DNA of 64,000 bases, from NCBI GenBank assembly GCA_963718285.1, contig CAVQYU010000004.1, positions 21,988-85,987 on the forward strand, read 5' to 3'. The notes below the pieces were generated by a model. That model made no database searches and had not been told where the DNA came from. It worked only from the letters and a program-made list of their open reading frames with translations. The DNA comes from an uncultured Chloroflexia bacterium. Its GTDB lineage: Bacteria; Chloroflexota; Limnocylindria; Limnocylindrales; CSP1-4. This document shows, one piece after another, positions 30,756 to 40,941 of this stretch (positions within the stretch are counted from its first letter, which is position 1; the number at the start of each line of letters is the position of its first letter). The position numbers were made by a program, and so were the translations under genes.

Positions 30756-33700
30756 GTGGCTGCCCGACGAGCATCGCCGACCCTTGCCCAGCCCGCGAAC
30801 GAGCCCCTGGCGGCGTTCAGCCCGGCCGTTCGCGACTGGTTCGAGGCGTCATTCGCGGCCCCGACGGCCGCCCAGGTCGGCGGTTGGGAAGCCATCTCGG
30901 CGGGCAAGCACACCCTGATCCATGCGCCCACCGGGAGTGGCAAGACCCTGGCGGCGTTCCTGTGGTGCCTCGACCGGCTGGTCCGGGATCCGAGCCCGCC
31001 GGCCACCCGCGAGCATCCCGGAACGGTCCGGATCCTGTACGTGTCGCCGCTCAAGGCGCTGTCCTATGACGTCGAGCGCAACCTGCGCGCCCCGCTGGCC
31101 GGCATCGCCCGAGCCGCCGGCCTGCGCGGCGATCCGGTGCCGCAGATCACGGTCGGCCTGCGCACCGGCGACTCGACCGCCGACGAGCGCCGACAGATCG
31201 CCCGGCGGCCGCCCGACGTCCTGATCACGACGCCCGAGTCGCTCTATCTCCTGCTGACCAGCGCCGCTCGCGAGACCCTCGTCGGCGTCGAGCACGTGAT
31301 CATCGACGAGGTCCACGCGATCGCCGGCTCCAAACGTGGAGCCCATCTCGCCCTGAGCCTGGAGCGCCTCGAGAAGATCACCAGGATGCCGCCCCAGCGA
31401 ATCGGCCTGTCGGCCACCCAGCGTCCGCTCGAGCTGATCGCGAAATTCCTGGGCGGCGTCGGGCCGGGCCGCCAGGTCACGGTCGTCGACGCCGGCTCGC
31501 GCAAGCCGCTCGAGCTGTCGGTCGTCGTCCCGGTCGAGGACATGAGCCGGCTGGGCGAGTCTGTCCCGCTCGAGGAACGGGCCGCAGGCCCCGGCTCGGG
31601 CGGAGACCTGCGAGTCAGCATCTGGCCCTCGATCCACCCCCGGATCCTGGAGCTCATCCGGGCCCATCACAGCACGATCATCTTCTGCAACAGCCGGCGC
31701 CTGGCCGAGCGCCTGGCCCAGCGCCTGAACGAGCTGGCCGGGGAGGAGCTGGTCCGGGCTCACCACGGCTCGATCGCGCGCGAGCAGCGCCTGTCGATCG
31801 AGGATGACCTGAAGTCCGGCCGCCTGCCCGCGATCGTGGCCACCTCCAGCCTGGAGCTGGGGATCGACATGGGCGCGGTGGATCTGGTCATCCAGGTCGA
31901 GTCGCCGACATCGGTCGCCCGCGGACTCCAGCGAATTGGCCGGGCCGGCCACCAGGTCGACGCGCCGTCGCGCGGGGTCATCTTCCCCAAGTACCGGGGC
32001 GACCTGCTCGAAGCGGCCGTCGTCGCCGAACGGATGCACGCCGGGGCGATCGAGACGACCGAGATCCCGCGCAACCCGTTGGACGTGGTCGCCCAGCAGA
32101 TCGTGGCGATGACCGTGATGGACCGCTGGACGGTGGACGGCCTGGCCGAGACGATCGGCCATGCCTCGCCCTACGAGTCGCTCACCCGCGAAGCGCTCGA
32201 GGGTGTCCTGGCGATGCTGGCCGGAGCCTATCCCTCGGACGAGTTCGCCGAGCTCAAGGCGCGGATCATCTGGGACCGGGTGACCGGCGTGATCGAGGGC
32301 CGGCGCGACGCCCGGGTCGTGGCGGTCACCTCGGGCGGCACGATCCCCGACCGCGGCCTGTTCGGAGTGTTCATCGCCGGCGAACCCGGGACGACCGGGC
32401 GGCGGGTGGGCGAGCTCGACGAAGAGATGGTCTACGAGCTCCGGGCCGGCATGCACGGCGATGTCGTTGTCCTGGGGGCCAGCTCCTGGCGGGTCCTCGA
32501 GATCGGCCATGACCGGGTCACCGTCGAGCCGGCGCCGGGCGTGCCCGGCAAGCTGCCGTTCTGGCATGGCGACGCGGTCGGCCGGCCCCTCGAGCTCGGT
32601 CGGGCGATCGGCGCGACGGTCCGTGAGCTGGAGTCCGATCTGGGCCGCGGCAGCAAGGGCCGCACCGCCGCCCTGGAGCGGCTGTCGAGCAAGAACGACC
32701 TGGATCCGCTCGCCGCTCAGAACCTGCTGGCCTACCTCGAGGACGAGGTCGAAGCGGCCGGCGCCCTGCCCACGGACCGGCGGATCGTCGTCGAGCGCTT
32801 CCGGGACGAGCTGGGCGACTGGCGCCTGTGCATCCTGACTCCGTTCGGCGGCCGGATTCACGCCCCGTGGGCGCAGGCGATCGAGGCCCGCCTGGGCGAA
32901 CGGCTGGGCACGGCCGTCCAGTCGATCTGGTCCGACGACGGCATCGCGATCCGCCTGCCGGACACCGAATCCGATGGCGCCGATGGCTCGTTCGCGGCCG
33001 GCCTCGAGGATTTGCTCTTCCCGTCACCCGACGAGATCGAGGACCTCGTCGTGGGCCAGGTGGGCAGCTCTGCCCTCTTCGCGGCCCGCTTCCGCGAGAA
33101 CGCGGCCCGGGCCTTGCTCCTGCCCCGCCGCCGGCCCGGCACCCGCACCCCCCTGTGGCAGCAGCGCCAGCGCTCGGCCGACCTCCTGGCCGTGGCCTCG
33201 CGCTACGGCAGCTTTCCGATCCTGGTCGAGACCTACCGCGAATGCCTGTCCGATGTCTTCGACCTGCCCGGCCTGAAGTCCGTCCTGGCAGCGGTCGCCC
33301 GGCGCGAGCTCTCGGTCCATCGGGTCGAGACGGTCCGGGCCTCACCCTTTGCCAGCTCGCTCCTGTTCGACTACGTGGCGGCCTTCATGTACGAGGGAGA
33401 CGCCCCGATCGCCGAGCGCCGGGCCCAGGCGCTCACGCTCGACCGGGACCTCCTGCGCGAGCTTCTTGGCCAGGAAGAGCTGCGAGAGCTGCTCGATGGC
33501 GATGCCCTGGCCGACCTCGAGCTCAAGCTCCAGGCCCTCAGCGAAGATCGCGCGGCCACGACCGTTGACCAGGTCCATGACCTGCTTCGCCGGGTCGGCG
33601 ACCTGACCGAGCTGGAGGTCGGCGGACGGGTCGTGGGAGGCATGGCGGTGGCCGGGGACTGGCTGGCCGAGCTCGAGGGCGGCCGGCGGGCGGTCCAGGT

Positions 33701-35430
33701 CCGCATCGCCGGAGAGCCAGCCGGAGCCCGCTGGATCGCGATCGAGGACGTCGCCCGCTACCGCGACGCGATCGGCGTCCAGCCACCGTCGGGCGTGCCC
33801 CAGGCCTTCCTCGAGCCAACCCGGGCCGCCCTGGATGGCCTGCTCGGCCGCTGGGCGCGAACCCACGGGCCATTCGTGACCGCCGAGCCGGCCGCACGCT
33901 GGGGCCTGCCGGCCGGCCTGGTCGAGGATGCGCTGCATCGGATGATGGCCGCCGGGACGCTCCTGCGGGGCGAGTTCCGGCCCGGGGGTAGCGAGCGCGA
34001 ATGGTGCGACCCGGAAGTGCTCCGCCAGCTTCGGCGCCGATCCCTGGCCAAGCTCCGCCGCGAGGTCGAGCCCGTCGAGCCGGTCGCGCTGGCTCGATTC
34101 CTGGCCGAGTGGCAGGGGGTCGTACCCCTCGCCGGGCTGGGCGATGGACAGGTCGGGTCGGCGGCCGGGCCGCCACTCGGTCCGCCGGCTTTGCGCGGCT
34201 CGGCTGCGCTCGAACGGCTGGCCGAGGTGATCGACCAGCTGGCCGGGCTGCCGATCCCGGCGTCGGTCCTGGAGCGGGATGTCCTGCCGGCCCGGGTCCC
34301 GGGCTACCAGCCCCGGCTGCTGGACGAGCTGGGAGCCCTGGGCGAGGTCATCTGGGTCGGCCGAGGCAGTCTCGGCCGGGACGATGGCCGGGTGGCCCTC
34401 GTCCGGCCTGGTCGCGATGCCCTGCGCGATGCCCTGCTCCACGGCTCGCCCGGTCAGGCCGACAGCGAAGCGAGGCCCGCCGGCGAGATGCCAGACGCGA
34501 TTCGGGCGTTCCTGGCGACCCACGGTGCGTCGTTCTATCGGCCGATCCATGTTGCCGCCGGGGGCGGCCCGGATCGGCTGGTCCTTGACGCCCTGTGGGA
34601 GCTGGTGTGGGCCGGCGAGGTGACGAACGACACGTTTGCCCCACTGCGCGCCCTGCGCTGGACCCGGCCCGGCCGCGAGGCCCGCCGCCGGCCCGGTCGC
34701 CTGACCAGCCTTGGCCCGCCCGAGGCTGCCGGTCGCTGGTCGCTGGTCGAGCAGTCGGCCGGCCCGGCGTCGGGAGTGGCGGCCTCGTCGACCGAGCAGC
34801 TCCATGCGATCGCCCTGGCCCTGCTCGACCGCCACGGGGTGCTCACCCGGGAGGCCGTGATGAGTGAGGGAATCGGCGGCGGCTTCTCCGGGATCTACCC
34901 GGTCCTGCGCGCCCTGGAGGAGACCGGCCGGATCCGGCGGGGCTATTTCGTGGCCGGCCTCGGGGCCGCCCAATTTGCCCAGGCCGGCGCGCTCGATCGC
35001 CTGCGGGCCGTGCGCGACACGGGCGATGAGCTCGGCCCGCGCCGGGTGCTCCTGCTGGCCGCGGCCGACCCGGCCAACCCGTACGGTGCGGCCCTGGCCT
35101 GGCCGCGCCGGTCCGACACCGACCGGCGGCCATTCCAGCGAGCCGCCGGAGCGTACGTCAGCCTGGTCGAGGGCGAGGCCGTCTTCTACCTCGAACGAGG
35201 TGGCCGGTCGCTCCAGTCACTCCCGGCGGCAGACGACCCGACCAGGGCCGCGCTGGCCCTCGGGGCCTTCTGGGGCGCTCCTCGCCGACCGGCGGATGCG
35301 CGAGCTCGTGATCACCAAGGTGGACGGCGCTCCAATCGGCGAGTCGCCGTGGCGGGAGCGCCTGCTCGAGGCGGGCTTCCAGCCCGGCTATCGCGGCCTG
35401 GTCCTGAACGGCCCGTATCATCGCAACTGA
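30756..35430 (+). CDS. lhr: Lhr-type large ATP-dependent (DEAD/DEAH-box) DNA helicase, ~1558 codons (one frame change at ~35270)
   Basis: Within ORF 30582..35972, the in-frame GTG 30756 gives VAARRASPTLAQPANEPLAAFSPAVRDWFEASF...LIHAPTGSGKTLAAF (motif I), VIIDEVHAIAGSKRG (DEVH), IVATSSLELGIDMG, QRIGRAGH, then the long Lhr C-terminal extension. The true C-terminus (LLADRRMRELVITKVDGAPIGESPWRERLLEAGFQPGYRGLVLNGPYHRN-TGA at 35430) is in the frame of ORF 34864..35430. Confidence 0.9.
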
Positions 35431-36120
35431 TGTGTGAGCAGTTCGTGGCTCGATCCGAGCGGCCCTTCCGGATCGACAGCCTGTACCCGTTCGCGGCCAG
35501 CCTCGAGCGCTACGGCATCGCCGGGTTCGGCTGGGGCGCGGCCTGGCTCGGACCATCCGGTCGGCCTCGCCAGCCATCGCGACATGCGGGCCTTCCGCGA
35601 CGATCCGGGCCGGCTGCAGCTGGGCGACATCGAGACGACGAGCCTGCTCGTTCACCTCCGCCGGCCCTCGCGCATGTCCACCCTGACCCTGGCCGATACC
35701 CAGCCGTTCGGCGATCCGGCCGGCCGGTTCGCCTTCAGCCACAACGGCGACCTGCGCCACTACCAGGCCCAGCGGGCTGCCTACCGGGCAGCCGGGCGAA
35801 TCCAGGGCCGGGCCGACACCGAGGTGGGTGCCCGCTGGCTCGAAGACGCCTGGCAGCCGGGCACGAGCGTGCCCGAGCTGCTCGGCAGTCTCCATGGGCT
35901 GTTCGACGGCCAGGCCAACCTGGCCGTGCTGGCCCAGGACGGGTCGGCCTACCACTACGCCGGCAACGATGAGAATCCAGTCTTCCGGTTCCGGCTTGGG
36001 GCCGTCGAGATCGCCTCGACCGGGATCTACTCGCTCGATCGCTCGCTCTTCAAGCTGGTCGTGCCCGAAGGGGCCGAGCGCCGCCGGCTGGCCCTGCGCG
36101 AGACGGCCGTCCTGGCCTAG
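35430..36120 (+). CDS. class-II (Ntn) glutamine amidotransferase-domain protein, YafJ/EgtC-like (one frame change at ~35560)
   Basis: ATG 35430 overlaps the lhr stop (TGATG): MCEQFVARSERPFRIDSLYPFAASLERYGIAGFGWGAAWL, with Cys2 as the Ntn nucleophile position. It continues in ORF 35434..36120: ...IETTSLLVHLRRPSRMSTLTLADTQPFGDPAGRFAFSHNGDL...GRADTEVGARWL...LFDGQANLAVL. Confidence 0.7.
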
Positions 36121-36173
36121 CCGCCCGCGCGGCTCAGCCCGGGCCGGGCCAGCGGCCCTACGCCGCACTTGGG

Positions 36174-37127
36174 CTAGCTCGGCCGGTTCTCCAGGCCGAG
36201 GAACGCGCGGATGCCGACCCGGACCCGCCGCCGACGGCCCTCCGGATCGCCCGACCAGCGCCGCTGGGACGCCCTGGCCGCCGCCGCACCCAGGCCGATC
36301 GTGGCCGGCCACGTCCGCGGGTCGAATCGGCCGAGGGCCACCGGATGGCGCCACAGCCACGGGATCGTGGCCCACAGCAGGACCAGGTAGTCGAGCCGGA
36401 TCGGGCGCGGTCCGAAGCCGAACAGGGCCTGGAGCTGGATGATCGTGAGCGGCAGGGTGATCAAGCTGAGCAGGCCGGCCGCGGCCAGCCAGATCAGGCC
36501 CCAGGTCCGCGCCCGAGGCGCAAGCAGGATCCAGAGTGGCGCAGGAAACCACTTCATCCAGGTCGCGATCGCCCAGATCAGGCCGGCCAACCTCGCCCCG
36601 CAGAACTGGGCGGCCCACAGGCCCAGGGCCAGGATCATCGTCACGTTGCCGGTGTCGAGGTTGGCCCCGACCGGGAAGGCCAGGACGAGAACGGCCAGGG
36701 CCGCCGGCAGGGGTCGCCGGCCATACGCCCAGTGGATCGTGGCCAGCCAGGCGATGATCACCCCGGAGCGCCACACGAACCAGGCCACGTCCCACGGCAG
36801 CAATGCCCAGGGAGCGAACAGGGGCAGCATCCACGGGGCGTAGACGTAGGGCAGGAACGGGCCGCTGGGGTGGTACGGATTGCCGCCGTTGAGCCAGATC
36901 CGGACCGCCGCCCAGTACGCCCGGGCGTCCGCTCCGCCTTCTTCGCCGCGCGCGATCAGGCCCGCCCCGATGACCCCGAAGACGAGCGCCAGGATCAGGA
37001 TGGCGGCGATCCTGCGCCGATCGTGGAGGCGCTCGAACTGGCGGCCCAGGGCCTCGCCGAAGGCCCGCAGGCGTCGGTCCGTGACCGACCGCGGCCGAGA
37101 CATGGGTTGCTGTCGAGCTGCGCTCAT
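36174..37127 (-). CDS. GT87 / DUF2029-family membrane glycosyltransferase-like protein
   Basis: Intact ORF 36174..37223 with internal starts at 37127 (MSAARQQ...) or 37103. It is polytopic: ...ADARAYWAAVRIWLNGGNPYHPSGPFLPYVYAPWMLPLFAPWALLPW...LDTGNVTMILALGLW...WMKWFPAPLWILL. Confidence 0.7.
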   Translation of the reverse strand: MSAARQQPMSRPRSVTDRRLRAFGEALGRQFERLHDRRRIAAILILALVFGVIGAGLIARGEEGGADARAYWAAVRIWLNGGNPYHPSGPFLPYVYAPWMLPLFAPWALLPWDVAWFVWRSGVIIAWLATIHWAYGRRPLPAALAVLVLAFPVGANLDTGNVTMILALGLWAAQFCGARLAGLIWAIATWMKWFPAPLWILLAPRARTWGLIWLAAAGLLSLITLPLTIIQLQALFGFGPRPIRLDYLVLLWATIPWLWRHPVALGRFDPRTWPATIGLGAAAARASQRRWSGDPEGRRRRVRVGIRAFLGLENRPS

Positions 37128-37246
37128 CGGCTGAATTCTCGCACGCCCTGTCCCGTTCTCACGAGGATCGGGGCCAGGACGCCCGAGCGCGACGGCCCGG
37201 TGCACTCCTGTATCCTCACCCAACGTTCAGGGAGGCGGGTGGCTGA

Positions 37247-38083
37247 GTGCCTGAAGGCAGCGTGATCGTGATCGGGGGCGCCGAGGACAAGGTCCGGGAC
37301 CGGGTCATCCTCAATCGCTTCGTCGCGCTCGCAGGCGGCCCGAAGGCCGTGGTCGCGGTCATCAGCACGGCCTCATCCCTCGGGCAGGAGGCCGGCGAGC
37401 GCTACCGGGCGGTGTTCGGCGAGCTGGGCGTGACGACCGTCCGGCCGATCCACGCCGTGACCCGCCAGCAGGCCAACGAAGAGGCCGCCGCCCGCGCGCT
37501 GCACGGCGTCACCGGGATCTTCCTGACCGGGGGCAATCAGCTCCGTCTCAGCTCGACGCTCGGCGGGACAGGGCTGGCCGACGAGATCATGGAGCGCTTC
37601 CAGGACGGCGCGGTCATCGCCGGCACGTCGGCCGGCGCTTCGGCGATGAGCAGCCACATGATCGCGTTCGGGGCGTCGGGCGCGACGCCCAAGCTGCGGA
37701 TGGCCCAGATCGCGGCGGGCCTGGGCGTGCTGCCCGGGGTGATCATCGACCAGCACTTCCAGCAGCGAAACCGGCTCGGCCGGCTGCTCAGCCTGATCGC
37801 CCAGAATCCCAGCCTGCTCGGCCTGGGCGTCGACGAGGACACGGCCGGCGTGGTCGGTCCGGATCACGTGATGGAAGTCATCGGCCGGGGCAGCATCACG
37901 ATCATCGACGGGTCGCAGTCCGAGACGGACGCCTGGGAGATCGGCGGCCATCGTCCGCTCATGATCAGCGGCGTCGTCCTCCATTCGCTCCCGGCGGGCT
38001 ACCACTTCGACCTGCGCAAGCGACGCCGGGTTCCGACCGCCCCGCTTCGGGCGCTGGCCGGCGGCGAGGCCGCGTCGAGCTGA
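37247..38083 (+). CDS. cphB: cyanophycinase (peptidase S51), intracellular CphB-type (no signal peptide)
   Basis: Intact 278-aa ORF with GTG 37247 and GGGAGG 12 nt upstream: VIVIGGAEDKVRDRVIL...IFLTGGNQLRL...AVIAGTSAGASAMSSHMI...GVIIDQHFQQRNRLGRLL. Confidence 0.9.
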   Translation: MPEGSVIVIGGAEDKVRDRVILNRFVALAGGPKAVVAVISTASSLGQEAGERYRAVFGELGVTTVRPIHAVTRQQANEEAAARALHGVTGIFLTGGNQLRLSSTLGGTGLADEIMERFQDGAVIAGTSAGASAMSSHMIAFGASGATPKLRMAQIAAGLGVLPGVIIDQHFQQRNRLGRLLSLIAQNPSLLGLGVDEDTAGVVGPDHVMEVIGRGSITIIDGSQSETDAWEIGGHRPLMISGVVLHSLPAGYHFDLRKRRRVPTAPLRALAGGEAASS

Positions 38084-40938
38084 TGGCCGAGCCCGCAGCG
38101 TCGTCTGGAGACACGTCACCCGGCGGGAGTCGGCCGGCGGTGGCTCGCCCCGAGCCGACCCTGACGATCGTCGAGACCCGGATCCTGCGCGGCCCCAACT
38201 ACTGGGCCCGCGAGCCGGTCGTGCGGATGCTGGTCGACCTGGGCATCCTCGAGGACTTCCCCAGCAACACGATCCCGGGCTTCGTCGACGCCCTGGTCGG
38301 CCTGCTGCCGACGCTCGAGGACCATGCCTGCTCGCTCGGCCGGCGCGGTGGCTTCATCACCCGCCTGCGGGAGGGCACCTGGGTCGGTCACATCGCCGAG
38401 CACATCGCGCTCGAGCTGCAGAACCTGGCCGGGACCGACGTGCGCCACGGCAAGACCCGCTCGGCCGGCGCCCACGGCCGCTACAACGTGATCTACGAGT
38501 ACCGCGAGGAGTCGGTCGGGATCGAGGCCGGCCGGATCGCCGTGGCCCTGGTCAACCACCTGGTCGATCCGCCGGCCAGCCCCGATTTCGATCTGCTGGT
38601 CGAGCTCGAAGGCCTGATCCGACTGGCCGAGCGAGCCGCCTTCGGGCCTTCCACCCAGGCCCTGATCGACGAGGCCGTCAGTCGCGACATCCCGTACATC
38701 CGGCTCGACCGGCACTCCCTCGTCCAGCTTGGCCAGGGCGTCCATCAACAGCGCATCCGGGCGACGATGACCTCGCGCACCTCGGCCATCGCGGTCGACA
38801 TCGCCTCGGACAAGAGCCTGACCAACAAGCTCCTTGACTCGGCCGGCCTGCCCGTCCCTCGATCCGAGCTGGTCGACACCGAGGAGGCCACGGTGGCCGC
38901 CGCGAAGCGGCTCGGCTATCCCTGCGTGGTCAAGCCGCTCGATGGCAACCACGGCCGGGGCGTCCACCTCGACCTGCGCTCCGAAGAAGCCGTCCGGGCC
39001 GCGTTCCACGGTGCCCGGCGCGAGAGCCGCTCGGGCGACCTGGTGGTCGAGACGTACGTCGCCGGGAGCGACTATCGGTGCCTCGTGATCGGGGGCAAGG
39101 TCGCCGCGATCGCCGAGCGTGTGCCGGCCTCGGTCGTGGGCGACGGCGAGCGCACGATCGCGGCCCTGGTCGACGCGGCCAACGCCGACCCCCGCCGGGG
39201 GATCGGCCACGAGAAGGTCCTGACCCGGATCAGCCTGGATGGCGGGGCGGTCGAGCTCCTCCGGGCGCAGGGCTTCGAGCTCGACTCCGTTCCGTTGCCG
39301 GGCGAGCGGATCAAGCTCGCCCTGACCGGCAACATGTCGACCGGCGGCACGTCGATCGACCGGACGATCGAGGCGCACCCCGACAACATCGAGATCGCCG
39401 AGACCGCTGCCCGGATCATCGGCCTCGATGTCGCGGGGATCGACTTCATCTGCCCGGACATCGCCACCCCGGTGCGCGAGACCGGCGGGGCGATCGTCGA
39501 GGTCAATGCCGCGCCCGGGTTCCGGATGCACACCCACCCGACAGAGGGCGAGCCCCAGTACGTGGCCCGGCCGGTGATCGACGGCCTGTTCCCGGCGGGC
39601 ACGCCGGCGCGCATCCCGATCCTGGCCGTGACCGGCACGAACGGCAAGACGACCACGGTCCGGATGATCGCCCACATCCTCAAGCTGATGGGTCGGCGGG
39701 TGGGCATGACCTCGACCGACGGGATCGTGATCGACGGCCGGATGATCAAGAAAGGCGACATGTCCGGGCCGAAGTCGGCCCAGATGGTCCTCCAGAACCC
39801 GACCGTCGACACGGCCGTGTTCGAAGTCGCCCGGGGCGGGATCCTGCGCGAGGGCCTGGGCTACGACCGCAACGATGTGGCTGTGGTGACGAATGTGACC
39901 GGCGACCACATGGGCCTGGGCGGGATCACCTCGCTCGGCCAGCTGGCCAACGTCAAGGCCGTGGTGGTGGATGCCGTGCCCCGCTCGGGAACGGTCGTCC
40001 TCAATGCCGACGATCCGCTCGTCGCCCGGATGGGCCGCCATTCAGCCGGCCGGGTGGTCTACTTCTCGATGCAGACGCGCAAGGGCGAGGAAGGCTTCGA
40101 CCGGATCGACGGCCATGTCGGCCGCGGCGGGGCGGCGTTCTGCATCGATGAGACACCCGAGGGGGAGCTGCTCGTCCTGCGCCTCGCGGGCCGGACGATG
40201 CCAATCCTGTACACCCACCTCATCCCGGCAACGTTCGGGGGCAAGGCCCGGATGAACGTGGCCAATTCGCTGGCCGCGGCCGCCGCAGCCTGGGCCGCCG
40301 GCGCCCACCTCCACGACATCCGGCAGGGCCTGCGCACGTTCTCGACCTCGTTCTTCCAGGCACCCGGCCGGCTCAACCTGCTGGAGCTCGGCGGCGTGCG
40401 CGTCGTGATCGACTACTGCCACAACGTGGATGGCATGCGCCAGCTGACCGATTTCGTCGAGCGGATGGTCACCGAGCCCGAGCGAGGCGTGGGCAAGGCG
40501 GCCCGCGGCCGGGCTGCCGACGGTGGCGGACGAGCCCGCCACGGCCGGGCGATCGGAGTGATCGGGATTCCCGGCGACCGGCGCGACCAGGACCAGCGCG
40601 ACTACGGCGCGATCGCGGCCACGACCTTCGACGAGATCATCATCCGCGAGGACAAGAACCTGCGCGGCCGAGCCCCGGGCGAGACGGCCGGCCACGTGAC
40701 CGAAGGCACCCAGGCGGCCCGAGCCGACGGCACGGGCCGGGTGACCCGGGTCGACGAGGTCCTCGAGGAGATGGCCGCGGTCCGGCAGGCCCTCAAGCGA
40801 GCCGCCCCGGGCGACCTGGTCGTCATGTGCGTCGACGACGCAGTCGGGGTCTATCGCGAGGCGATGGCCGCCGCCGGTGGCCGGGGCGATGCCCGCGCCT
40901 TCGCCGATCCGGGCGAGCTCGAGGTCCCCGAAGGCTAG
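38083..40938 (+). CDS. cphA: cyanophycin synthetase CphA1 (N domain + ATP-grasp G domain + Mur-ligase-like M domain)
   Basis: Intact 951-aa ORF. Its ATG overlaps the cphB stop (TGATG).
- N domain: TLTIVETRILRGPNYWAREPVVRMLVDLG...GTWVGHIAEHIALELQNLAG.
- G domain: ASDKSLTNKLLDSAGLPVP...CVVKPLDGNHGRGV...EVNAAPGFRMH.
- M domain: ILAVTGTNGKTTTVRM...FEVARGGILREGLGYDR...TNVTGDHMG...APGRLNLLEL..VVIDYCHN...GIPGDRRDQD. Confidence 0.95.
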   Translation: MAEPAASSGDTSPGGSRPAVARPEPTLTIVETRILRGPNYWAREPVVRMLVDLGILEDFPSNTIPGFVDALVGLLPTLEDHACSLGRRGGFITRLREGTWVGHIAEHIALELQNLAGTDVRHGKTRSAGAHGRYNVIYEYREESVGIEAGRIAVALVNHLVDPPASPDFDLLVELEGLIRLAERAAFGPSTQALIDEAVSRDIPYIRLDRHSLVQLGQGVHQQRIRATMTSRTSAIAVDIASDKSLTNKLLDSAGLPVPRSELVDTEEATVAAAKRLGYPCVVKPLDGNHGRGVHLDLRSEEAVRAAFHGARRESRSGDLVVETYVAGSDYRCLVIGGKVAAIAERVPASVVGDGERTIAALVDAANADPRRGIGHEKVLTRISLDGGAVELLRAQGFELDSVPLPGERIKLALTGNMSTGGTSIDRTIEAHPDNIEIAETAARIIGLDVAGIDFICPDIATPVRETGGAIVEVNAAPGFRMHTHPTEGEPQYVARPVIDGLFPAGTPARIPILAVTGTNGKTTTVRMIAHILKLMGRRVGMTSTDGIVIDGRMIKKGDMSGPKSAQMVLQNPTVDTAVFEVARGGILREGLGYDRNDVAVVTNVTGDHMGLGGITSLGQLANVKAVVVDAVPRSGTVVLNADDPLVARMGRHSAGRVVYFSMQTRKGEEGFDRIDGHVGRGGAAFCIDETPEGELLVLRLAGRTMPILYTHLIPATFGGKARMNVANSLAAAAAAWAAGAHLHDIRQGLRTFSTSFFQAPGRLNLLELGGVRVVIDYCHNVDGMRQLTDFVERMVTEPERGVGKAARGRAADGGGRARHGRAIGVIGIPGDRRDQDQRDYGAIAATTFDEIIIREDKNLRGRAPGETAGHVTEGTQAARADGTGRVTRVDEVLEEMAAVRQALKRAAPGDLVVMCVDDAVGVYREAMAAAGGRGDARAFADPGELEVPEG

Positions 40939-40941
40939 GAC

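Noticed and set aside
30582-35972. 1796-aa ORF suggesting an Lhr helicase with an extra ~180-aa C-terminal domain
   Set aside because: After about 35270 the frame is wrong. The canonical Lhr C-terminus and stop (35430) are in the ORF 34864..35430 frame. The run-on merely passes through the start of the next gene (MCEQF...).
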